A stretch of 32,000 nt of DNA from Candidatus Latescibacterota bacterium (lineage in GTDB: Bacteria; Latescibacterota; UBA2968; UBA8231). Both the position numbers and the translations under genes were made by a program. The stretch lies in NCBI GenBank assembly GCA_965221775.1, contig CBDCSU010000006.1:1223342-1255341 (forward strand), given 5' to 3'. The notes under the pieces are model-generated. The model searched no databases and was not told where the DNA came from. It was given only the letters and a program-made list of their open reading frames with translations. Positions 15,333-23,416 of this stretch are shown here, in pieces. Positions within the stretch are counted from its first letter, which is position 1; every line of letters starts with the position of its first letter.

Positions 15333-17360
15333 TCAGGCGGACAGCTCCCGTCTCTGCTCGGCGATGCGGAACTTCAGCTTCTTGCTCGGTTTGAGCGACG
15401 GAAAGGGACTGAAACGGAGCTTGTACTTCGCTGGCGACACCTCGATCGTGAAGTAGTGCGCCAGCATCAGCAAGTTGGCCGCCAGGTGCAGCTCCATCCA
15501 CCGGGTGCCCAGACACTTGTGCGTACCCAGCCCGTACGGGGCGTACCCGGGGCTGCGATGCTCATGGCGCGGGGCCAGGTAGCGGTCGATGTCGAACTTC
15601 CAGGGATCCGGAAAGACCTCGCTCATGTAATGCGTGGCGGTCATGGCGATGTGGACCCGTTCGCCCACGCGCAGCTCGTAGTCCTCGACCACGCACGCAT
15701 TCATCACGTTCCGCATGGACATGGAGACGATGGGGTACATGCGCAGGCACTCCATGAGGAAGCGGTGCGTCACGTCGATCCTGTCGGGGGTGAAGTCCTC
15801 TCTCTCGGGGTCGCCCTTGGCGAACAGGGCATCCGCTTCGGTCTGGATTCTGGCGTAGAGGTCGGGCTGGGACGCCATGGCGTAGACTACGAGGCTGAAC
15901 GTATCGCCGAGGTAAACGCTGGCAATCAAGGCCGCGGAAAAGGCGAAGAGCAGGTTGGACTCCGGGAGAAACTGCGGGTCGCTGGCGTGCAGGCTGAGGT
16001 AATCGTCCACGAGGTCCCGCGGGAGGTCCGCCCGTTGGGCGGGGGTATGGATGCCCTGGATCCGCTGCATCAGGGTGTCCAGGGCTTTCGCCCGGCGTCT
16101 CATGCCCGGGGTGTTCAGCATGAATCGGGGCAGGAGCTTGGCGATGTGCACGCTGAGGGCCCGTTCCTTGTAGGCCATCAGGTCGTCCATGAGGTCCTGG
16201 GTGTCGACGCTGAGGAACAGGGGCGAGAGCTGGGCGTTCACCATCCCCCGGCACATGGACGTGGCGCGGTAGGAGTCCCCAACCGTCAAGCTCGCCATGT
16301 ACTTGCGCCCCTGATTGTAGAGCTGGTCCAGCTGCTCTCCCAGCCTCGCGCCGGAAAAGGCCGGGGACAAGGACTTGCGAAGCCGGAAGTGATCGGCGCC
16401 GTCCAGGGCGGGCAGGACGCCGGCCGCGCCGTAGACCTTCTCGAAGTCGCTGAAGTAGTCCCTGCATCTCAGGTACATGCGCCCGCGCTTGTGCACCCAG
16501 CGGTTTGTCTCGAGTCCGGCCAGGAAGATCATGGGCTCCGAGAAGGGAGGGCGGATCTGGAACACCGGACCGTACTCCTCCGCAAGGCTCCCGAAGAGCG
16601 CGTTCAGGTTGCCGTCTCGAACATGCGGGTTCATCATCAGCTTGGGCAGCGAAACCGCCGGGATCTTCCTGGTAAGGGGGGGACGTTGAAGGGCCGGGCC
16701 GGTGAGGTTCTGAGAGACCGCAGCGGCCAGGGAGCGGCCGATCAGGTCCATCTTGCAGATGAACTCGATGCGCTCTTCCGCCTCGTCGTCAAGTTCGAAT
16801 ATGAAGCGAAAGACGTCGCACGTATTGATGAGGCAGATAATGATGACATCTCTCGGATCGGGAATCTTGTCGGTGAAGATGACCCTGCTGATACGCGTCT
16901 TTATGAACTGGCCCGCAGTGCCCTCCTCCGACCTGCCGTACAGTTTCCCATGCCAAACAGTAGGAGCCAGCGTCCAGAAATCGCCGTCGTGGTATTCCAG
17001 GATCTTCAGGTCAACCAGGCGATCCAGAACCGAATCGATGATCGACTCCGCACGGGGAGCGAGCCGTTCAATCCAGTACTGGGCGTTCCGTTGAACAGAT
17101 TCGGCTGCAATTTCTTTCAGAATGGGGTCCAGGGCAGGGTTGCCTGTTTCCGACGCGTCCACGAGGAACAGGGATTCCATGTCCGTGTCGATGCGAGATC
17201 TGAGTGAAAGCTCCGCGAGCACGGCACCGACCAGGGCACAGTTCAGATGCCAGCCGGGTACCTGATGAAAGTAGCCGGTCTCCTCGTTGAGGAGCATCAG
17301 GATGAGCTCTTGAGTCAGAGTCAGCGGTTGGGGCGTCAAACCCTCCGTAGTGTCAGTCAT
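15333..17360 (-). CDS. Fusion protein: N-terminal GPP34/GOLPH3-like domain plus C-terminal cytochrome P450
   Basis: N-terminus LTLTQELILMLLNEETGYF...LNCALVGAVLAELSLRSRI...GNPALDPILKEI...PDPRDVIIICLINTC follows the bacterial GPP34 pattern. C-terminus has ExxR (ECLR), PDPWKFDIDRY, and the heme loop PYGLGTHKCLG with the Cys codon at 15513-15515. The ATG start shares a base with the RND stop (TGATG at 17358-17362). Confidence 0.85.
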   Translation of the reverse strand: MTDTTEGLTPQPLTLTQELILMLLNEETGYFHQVPGWHLNCALVGAVLAELSLRSRIDTDMESLFLVDASETGNPALDPILKEIAAESVQRNAQYWIERLAPRAESIIDSVLDRLVDLKILEYHDGDFWTLAPTVWHGKLYGRSEEGTAGQFIKTRISRVIFTDKIPDPRDVIIICLINTCDVFRFIFELDDEAEERIEFICKMDLIGRSLAAAVSQNLTGPALQRPPLTRKIPAVSLPKLMMNPHVRDGNLNALFGSLAEEYGPVFQIRPPFSEPMIFLAGLETNRWVHKRGRMYLRCRDYFSDFEKVYGAAGVLPALDGADHFRLRKSLSPAFSGARLGEQLDQLYNQGRKYMASLTVGDSYRATSMCRGMVNAQLSPLFLSVDTQDLMDDLMAYKERALSVHIAKLLPRFMLNTPGMRRRAKALDTLMQRIQGIHTPAQRADLPRDLVDDYLSLHASDPQFLPESNLLFAFSAALIASVYLGDTFSLVVYAMASQPDLYARIQTEADALFAKGDPEREDFTPDRIDVTHRFLMECLRMYPIVSMSMRNVMNACVVEDYELRVGERVHIAMTATHYMSEVFPDPWKFDIDRYLAPRHEHRSPGYAPYGLGTHKCLGTRWMELHLAANLLMLAHYFTIEVSPAKYKLRFSPFPSLKPSKKLKFRIAEQRRELSA
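15336..16655 (-). other. Cytochrome P450 domain (about residues 236-675 of the fusion)
   Basis: LPALDGADHFRLRK, I-helix-like AALIASVYLGDTFS, ExxR, and the heme-thiolate loop GLGTHKCLG. The CYP family is not assignable by eye. Confidence 0.8.
16716..17324 (-). other. GPP34/GOLPH3-like domain (about residues 13-215 of the fusion)
   Basis: See the parent CDS. The boundaries are my visual estimate. Four 60-nt samples taken between 16741 and 17100 hand-count at 47-58% GC, against 63% for a P450-domain sample. Confidence 0.7.
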
Positions 17361-20300
17361 CAGCCTTCACTCCCTGCGTCTGCACCGGGGACGCGCCGGG
17401 AGCCGGAAGGGCCGCTCGAGGCCGTCAGACGCGAGTGGATGGTGGAAAGAGCGGGAACGACCATCATCAGTACGGCGGTGACAATGAGAATGCCGCAACC
17501 GAGGGATGCGGCAAAGGGGATCAGGAACTGGGCCTGAATGGCGCGTTCCAGAATGAGGGGCGTGAAGCCGAGGAAGGTGGTCACGGAAGTGAGCATGATC
17601 GGACGAAAGCGGCCCTTGGCGCCCTCGATGATCGCTGTTCGCGCCGGGGCCCCGTCCCTGAGTTTCTGATCGATGAAATCGATCATGACCAGGGAATCGT
17701 TCACGACAACCCCGCTCAGGCCGAAGATACCCATGAAGGATACCGCGCTCAAGGCCACTCCCAGGACCCAGTGGCCCAGGATCACCCCGATGAACCCGAA
17801 GGGGATGACGGCCATGATGATGAGGGGCTTGGTATAGGAGCGAAGTGGAATGGCGAGGAGCGCGAAGATCATGATCAGGGCGATGGCGAACCCCCGGTAC
17901 AGGGCATCCAGGGACTCGAGTTGCTGTTGCTGCTCCCCTCCGAAGCTGTATGTCAGGTCAGGGTGCACGGCGGTCAGGCCCGGGAGGATCGAATTGGCCA
18001 GGATGTCGTTGGCTTCGTCACCGGAAATCACCGAAGCATCGACGTCCGCCGTGACCGTGACGACGCGCTGGCCGTCCTTCCGTCGGATGGCCGGCGGCGA
18101 CACGCCCGGGCTCAGGGAGGCCACACTCATGACCGGGACCTCGGCCCCGCCCGGGGTGCGGACCAGGTACCCTTCGACATCGGTGATGGAGTCACGCTCA
18201 TGGGCGGGGAGGCGCACGTAGACCCGGACCTCTTCCCGGCCGCGCTGCACCCGAACCGCCTCTGCGCCGAAGAACGCGGCGCGCGCCTGCCCGGCCAGCT
18301 CCTGGAGCGTGAGACCGAGGGTGCGCGCTTCCGGCCGGAGCTCCAGTTGCACCTCCGGGATGCCCGGCGTGTGATCCGAACGTATGTCGTAGACGCCTCC
18401 CACACTTCGGAGGCCTTCGACCACCGAGTCCGCGATCTCGGCGAGAAGCTCCGGGTCCGGATGCGACAGCACGGCCTCCACGGCGTTGCCCAAGGTGAAG
18501 ACCTCGGCGCTGAAGGTGATGCCGCGCACATGGGGCAGGACTCCCACCTCCTCCCGCCACGCCTGCACGACCTCTCCGGTGGAGATCTGTCTCTGCTGCG
18601 CGCCCAGGAGCTTGAACTCGATGGTGGCGATATTGGCTTGGGGATTGAGTGTGGGCTCCGGGTTGAGCCCGCCCTCGAGTCTCGACCCCTGTCCGACGGT
18701 CACCGTCACACCGGTCAGCAGCGGTGGCGCGTCCCCGGGCCGGCCGAGGGAGAGTCGTTCGATGACCCGGTGGCCTGCGGCCTCCAGTTCCCGCGCCACT
18801 TCGTACGTCCTCGGAGCGGTCGCCCCATCGGGCATCTCCAGGACGACCGTCGCGATATCCCCCTCCACCTCAGCGGCCAGCGTGGTAGGAACGATGCCCG
18901 CGGGCAACAGGGAGATGCTCAGCACGAGCATTCCCACGGCCCCCGCCATCGTCACCCCGGGCTGGTCCGTGGCGAACCTCAGGGCCCGGTCCAGAGGCCC
19001 TTGCAGGAACCTGTTCAGCAGCGCGTTCACGCGCCCCTGGAGCCGCGCGAAGAACCGGTCGAAGGCATTGGCCGGCTCCCACTCCGGGCCGTGCAAATGG
19101 GACAGGTGGTTGGGCAGCACCAGCAGCGATTCGACCAGGGAAACCAGCAGCATGGCGATGATGATGATCGGCAGGGCCCGCCAGACGTCACCGACGCCTC
19201 CCGGGATGAACAGCAAGGGGACGAAGGCCACCACCGAAGTGAGGACGGCGAAGGTCAAGGGCACCTTGATCCGCCGTACGCCTCGGATCGCGGCCGCGAC
19301 CCCGGGGGTCCCCCGCTTGCGTTCCGATTGAATGTGCTCGGCCACGACGATGGCATCGTCGACGATGATGCCGATGGCGAGGACGAAGGAGAACAGGCTG
19401 ATGGTGTTGATCGCCACGTCGAGTGCCATCATGATGGCGAGGGCGCCCATACCAGAAACGGCGAGGCCCACGGCGACCCAGAGGGCGAGCCGGATTTCGA
19501 GAAACAGGCTGAGTGCGATCAGCACCAGCACCAGCCCCAGGAGCCCGTTCTTGAGGAGGAGATCGGCGCGTTCCTCGTAGACTTGGGATTCGTCATTCCA
19601 CATGGTGACGCCCACACCGTCCGGCAGGGCCGGGATCACCTCGTCCGCCAGGTGCTCGCGGACGGTCCTGGCCACGTCCATCACCTGCTCGCCATCGGCC
19701 CGGTAGACCTCGACGAAGACGGCGGGGTGGTTCTGATGCCGCACGATCAGGTCCGCTTCCTGGAAACCGTCGCGGACCTCGGCGATATCTCCAAGGCGCA
19801 GGACCGTGCCGTCACGGCCGCTGAGGAGGACGACCTCCTCGAAGTCCTTCTGGTCGTAGTTCTGGCCGAGGGTGCGGACCCTCACCTGGGATTCCCGGGT
19901 ATCGATGCTGCCGGCGGACAGGTCCAGGGAACTCCGGCGAATCGTGTCGGCGATGTCGGTGAGCGTGAGTCCGAGGGCCCGCAGGCGGTGGAGGGGCACC
20001 TCGATGGAGATCTCGTAGCTCCGGACACCGCTGACCTCGACCTGGGAGACGGAGGGGAGCGTCGTGAGGTCGTCCTCGATCTGGTACGCCAGTTCCTTCA
20101 GCGCGCGCTCGGAGACGTCGCCGTGGACGATGAGCCGCATCATGCTCAGGCGGTTGTCCATCTCCCGGAACAGGGGACGTTCGGCGCCGGCCGGGAAGGA
20201 CTGTATTCGATTGACCGCGGACTCGATATCGTCCAAGGCCCGGGCCATGTCCGTATCGAAAGCCATTTGAACCCGCACCGAGGCCATACCCGGGGCGGCT

Positions 20301-20581
20301 ACGGACTTGACCGCCTTCACGTCATCCAGCCCGCTGACCTGGTCCTCGATCCTGACGACGATCGACTCCTCGATCTCCTCCGGTGTGGCGCCGGGATAGG
20401 CCATCGAGACTTCGATATGGTAGAATGGGGTCGTGGGCCAGGCTTCCCGCTCGATACCGGTCAGCGCCACCACCCCGGCGGCGACGATGGCCCACATCAA
20501 CAGGTTGGCGGCCACACCGTTGCCGGCCATGTAGGCGATCGGGCCGGGCCGTTCCTCGTGATTGCCGTTGCCGGGACTCAT
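17360..20581 (-). CDS. RND efflux transporter permease subunit (AcrB/HAE-type, 12-TM, about 1073 aa)
   Basis: Length and layout fit: an N-terminal TM, then the large periplasmic loop PGATPEEIEESIVVRIEDQVSGLDDVK, two TM bundles with GIIVDDAIVV and VVVNDSLVMIDF motifs. The start shares ATGA with the adaptor stop (20578-20581). Confidence 0.92.
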   Translation of the reverse strand: MSPGNGNHEERPGPIAYMAGNGVAANLLMWAIVAAGVVALTGIEREAWPTTPFYHIEVSMAYPGATPEEIEESIVVRIEDQVSGLDDVKAVKSVAAPGMASVRVQMAFDTDMARALDDIESAVNRIQSFPAGAERPLFREMDNRLSMMRLIVHGDVSERALKELAYQIEDDLTTLPSVSQVEVSGVRSYEISIEVPLHRLRALGLTLTDIADTIRRSSLDLSAGSIDTRESQVRVRTLGQNYDQKDFEEVVLLSGRDGTVLRLGDIAEVRDGFQEADLIVRHQNHPAVFVEVYRADGEQVMDVARTVREHLADEVIPALPDGVGVTMWNDESQVYEERADLLLKNGLLGLVLVLIALSLFLEIRLALWVAVGLAVSGMGALAIMMALDVAINTISLFSFVLAIGIIVDDAIVVAEHIQSERKRGTPGVAAAIRGVRRIKVPLTFAVLTSVVAFVPLLFIPGGVGDVWRALPIIIIAMLLVSLVESLLVLPNHLSHLHGPEWEPANAFDRFFARLQGRVNALLNRFLQGPLDRALRFATDQPGVTMAGAVGMLVLSISLLPAGIVPTTLAAEVEGDIATVVLEMPDGATAPRTYEVARELEAAGHRVIERLSLGRPGDAPPLLTGVTVTVGQGSRLEGGLNPEPTLNPQANIATIEFKLLGAQQRQISTGEVVQAWREEVGVLPHVRGITFSAEVFTLGNAVEAVLSHPDPELLAEIADSVVEGLRSVGGVYDIRSDHTPGIPEVQLELRPEARTLGLTLQELAGQARAAFFGAEAVRVQRGREEVRVYVRLPAHERDSITDVEGYLVRTPGGAEVPVMSVASLSPGVSPPAIRRKDGQRVVTVTADVDASVISGDEANDILANSILPGLTAVHPDLTYSFGGEQQQQLESLDALYRGFAIALIMIFALLAIPLRSYTKPLIIMAVIPFGFIGVILGHWVLGVALSAVSFMGIFGLSGVVVNDSLVMIDFIDQKLRDGAPARTAIIEGAKGRFRPIMLTSVTTFLGFTPLILERAIQAQFLIPFAASLGCGILIVTAVLMMVVPALSTIHSRLTASSGPSGSRRVPGADAGSEG

Positions 20582-21756
20582 GGCGCGGGGTCGGCCTCCG
20601 TGAGGACGCGCATGCCCTCGGTGGCGAACCGGATTCCGCCGGTGACTACCGTGCCGCCGCCTTCCAGGCCGCCGGTGACGAATACCCGGTCGTCGGCGCG
20701 CTGAAGCACGCGCACCGGAACGATGCTCACCACCCCGTCCTTCACCGTCCAGACCTCGTCGCCCGGCTGGAGGGCTGCTCTCGGCACCTTGAAGTAATCA
20801 TCCGGCGCCAGGCCCTCGATCTCCACCTCCACGAAGGCACCCACGAGCAACGGATGCACGCCCGCCGGGAACGGGTCCGTCACGCGCACGATCACGTCGA
20901 TGGTGCGCGTTCGCGCGTCGAGGGCCGCCTCGCCCCGATCGACGTAGCCCTCCCAGGCATGACTCCCGCCGCGCGACGGGGCGACCACCCGGGCCGCCAC
21001 CCGCCGGTCCCCATCCCCCGGCGCGAGTTCCCACAGCCCCGGGATCAGGGCCGCGTCGGCATCGGAGACGGGCACCACCACCTCCACCGCATCCGCGGCG
21101 AAGAGGCGCCCCACGCTCTGTCCGGGCGCGAGAATCTGTCCCACGTCGACGGACTCGTCGCGCACGAAGCCGTCGAAGGGCGCGGTCACCCGTGTCCTGG
21201 AAAGGGAGAGCTCCGCGTCGGCCAGCCGTGCCTGGTCGCGCTCGAGGGCGGCACGGGCCGCCTCCAGTTGCGGCTCCCTCAGGGTGAGGGGACTGGCGGC
21301 CGGCGCCGAAGATGCACTCCCCTGCCGCTCGGAGTAGAGCCGGTACTGGTCGCGGGCGATGGCGGCCCGTTCCTCTTCCTCGAGCAGGGCCACGCGGCGG
21401 GCGGCGAGATTGGCCTCGGCTTCCTGCACCCGGTGGAGGTAGTCCGCCTCTTCGATGCGGAACAGCGCCTGGCCCGCCTTCACCCGGCCCCCGCTCTGGA
21501 ATCCCGGGTCCACCCACACGACTCGCCCGCCCACCTGCGGCGCCACGTCGATCTCCGCGCTCGGCCTCACGGTGCCGGCCCCGTACACGGGTATGGCGCC
21601 GGACCCGGCCGTTACCCGGCCCGTCTGGGCGAAGGGGATCTGCGGCGGCGGCTCGGTGCGGGCCGGCTCGGGGGCCATGGAGACCAGGAGGGCCGCCAGG
21701 CCCACGGCAACGACGAGGATGGCGGCGGCGGCGACGAGGCTGCGGATGCGGGACAT
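20578..21756 (-). CDS. RND efflux periplasmic adaptor (membrane fusion protein, HlyD/AcrA family)
   Basis: The start is moved to ATG 21756 (MSRIRSLVAAAAILVVAVGLAALLV, a membrane anchor). Also present: barrel-sandwich and coiled-coil regions (EADYLHRVQEAEANLAARR...QLEAARAALERDQARLADAELSLSRTRVTAPFDGFV). The track start at 21891 would overlap the OMF gene. Confidence 0.85.
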   Translation of the reverse strand: MSRIRSLVAAAAILVVAVGLAALLVSMAPEPARTEPPPQIPFAQTGRVTAGSGAIPVYGAGTVRPSAEIDVAPQVGGRVVWVDPGFQSGGRVKAGQALFRIEEADYLHRVQEAEANLAARRVALLEEEERAAIARDQYRLYSERQGSASSAPAASPLTLREPQLEAARAALERDQARLADAELSLSRTRVTAPFDGFVRDESVDVGQILAPGQSVGRLFAADAVEVVVPVSDADAALIPGLWELAPGDGDRRVAARVVAPSRGGSHAWEGYVDRGEAALDARTRTIDVIVRVTDPFPAGVHPLLVGAFVEVEIEGLAPDDYFKVPRAALQPGDEVWTVKDGVVSIVPVRVLQRADDRVFVTGGLEGGGTVVTGGIRFATEGMRVLTEADPAP

Positions 21757-21763
21757 GGGCGAC

Positions 21764-23308
21764 TTACTCCGTGGAGGTCGGCGGCGGGGTAGCGGCAGCC
21801 GCGCTGCTCTGCCGGATGGCTTCCCGGTTGTCGGCGGTCCACGCGCCGCCCAGCGCGCGGTGCAGCGCGAGGCGGGCGTAGCCGAGGTCACGTTCGGCGG
21901 CCGCCTGCGCGGCCTGCGCGCCGAGGAGAGTCTGCGATGCGGCCAGGAAAGCCTCGTACCCGCCGACCCCGGAGAGGTACCGCCGCTCCTGCAACCCCGC
22001 TTCGGCCCCGGCCTCCTCTGCCAGCGAGACCAGCAGCGAGTGGCGGCGGCGGCTGGCCTCCAGACCGGCGAGAGCGGCCTCGACCTCGTTGACCGCGGTC
22101 ACCACGGCCCGCCCGTAGGCGGCGGCCGCCTCATCCAGCCGGGCCTCGGCGAGAGCGACATTGCCGCGAAGGCGTGAACCCTGGAAAACCGGGCCGAGCA
22201 GGTTCAGGCTGAGATTCCGGAACCACTGATCCGGGTCGAACCACTCGTCCGCCTCGGTGCTCTGCACTCCGATGGAGCCGTGCAGGGACAGTCGCGGCAG
22301 CAGGTCCGCGCGGCGGGCGCCGACGGTGTACCGGGCCGCTTCCGCCCGCTGCCTGGCGGCGCCGACGTCGGGCCGCTGCGCCAGGAGGCCGGCGGGAATG
22401 CCGGCCGGGACCGGCTCCAGCGCCGCGGCAGGGGTCAGCGGGCCGGGCAGCCTGTCCGCGAGGTCGGCGCGGTAACCTCCCAGGAGCACCCACAGCCGCC
22501 CCTCCGCATCGGCCAGCAGGGCCTCGATCTGCGGCAGCCCGGCCTGCGTGTTGCGCAGATGGCGCCGCGCCGCATGGAGGCCGCCCGCATCGCTCAGGCC
22601 GCGGCCATAGCGGGACTCGGCAAGGGACTCCTGGTGCCGCAGGATCTCCACGATCTCGCCGGTCAGCCTCCGCTGCCGGCGCAGGTTGGCGATCTCGAGG
22701 TAGGTCCGCACGGTCTCGGCCAGCACCCCCATGCGGGCTGTGAGGTAGTCGGACTCCGAGGCCAGCCGCGCGGCCCCGGCGGCGAGGGCGTCGTTTCGGT
22801 TCCGGCCCCAGAAGTCGAGCTCGTAGGCGACTTCCGCGGCGGCGGTATAGGTGGTCAGTCCGAGACGGTCGGGGAGAACGAGTCCGGATGCACCCAGACC
22901 GGACTCCAGGCCCAGTTCGTCGAATTGGGCGCCGATGCCCGCATTGGTGGGTGTGTCGGAGTCGCTGACGCCGACCGAGGGCTGAAGGAGCGGAAAGACC
23001 GGGGCCCTGGCGATGCGGGCCCGGGCCCTGGCCTGATCGACCCGGGCCACCGCCGCGGCCAGGTCGAAGTTCGAGGCGAGCACCTCCGCGATCACCCGGT
23101 CGAGCATCGGGTCGGAAAAGCTCTTCCACCACTCCCGCGGCTCGTAGGGACCGGCCGCTTCCCCGCCGGCGAACCCGGCCGGCAGCTCCTCCACCGACTC
23201 GAGGACCGGGGGGGTCTGCTTCGGTGCAAGGGAGCAGGCGGAGATGAGACAGCCGACGATGGCCGGCCTCAGCAATCCGGAAACCTGGTTCCTCCCATAG
23301 CAGGCCAT
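21764..23308 (-). CDS. RND efflux outer-membrane factor lipoprotein (NodT/TolC family)
   Basis: Lipobox GCLISAC. WWKSFSDPMLDRVIAEVLASNFDLAAAVARVDQARA and the repeated alpha-helical/beta-barrel halves are typical of NodT-family OMFs. Stop TAA at 21764-21766. Confidence 0.88.
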   Translation of the reverse strand: MACYGRNQVSGLLRPAIVGCLISACSLAPKQTPPVLESVEELPAGFAGGEAAGPYEPREWWKSFSDPMLDRVIAEVLASNFDLAAAVARVDQARARARIARAPVFPLLQPSVGVSDSDTPTNAGIGAQFDELGLESGLGASGLVLPDRLGLTTYTAAAEVAYELDFWGRNRNDALAAGAARLASESDYLTARMGVLAETVRTYLEIANLRRQRRLTGEIVEILRHQESLAESRYGRGLSDAGGLHAARRHLRNTQAGLPQIEALLADAEGRLWVLLGGYRADLADRLPGPLTPAAALEPVPAGIPAGLLAQRPDVGAARQRAEAARYTVGARRADLLPRLSLHGSIGVQSTEADEWFDPDQWFRNLSLNLLGPVFQGSRLRGNVALAEARLDEAAAAYGRAVVTAVNEVEAALAGLEASRRRHSLLVSLAEEAGAEAGLQERRYLSGVGGYEAFLAASQTLLGAQAAQAAAERDLGYARLALHRALGGAWTADNREAIRQSSAAAATPPPTSTE

Positions 23309-23416
23309 CTCCCTACCCTCTCGCGGCGACGGCAGCGGGGCACACCAAAGCCTCTGTCATCTTGCCGTGACCTTCCGAAGTGTACGCAATCAAGGGAAAT
23401 CCGGCATGGTTGCGGG
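23309..23416 (-). promoter_or_regulatory. 108-nt region upstream of the efflux/P450/SMT operon; presumed promoter plus RBS (GGGAG just before ATG 23308)
   Basis: This is the only sizeable gap on the minus strand between 24964 and 14256. The minus-strand reading contains TTGATTGCGTACAC. I cannot define a confident -10 element. Confidence 0.3.

Noticed and set aside
15336-16655. Calling the P450 domain CYP51 (sterol 14-alpha-demethylase)
   Set aside because: I could not find the CYP51 signatures I remember, such as the I-helix GQHTS-type segment or the B' helix YxxF...FG motif. The I-helix here reads AALIASVYLGDTFS. The family must be left open.
14463-20704. Long + strand ORFs 14463-17207 (914 aa) and 17435-20704 (1089 aa)
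   Set aside because: They are antisense to the SMT, P450 and RND genes, which carry unmistakable family motifs. Their translations are His/Arg/Asp/Gly-rich and featureless.
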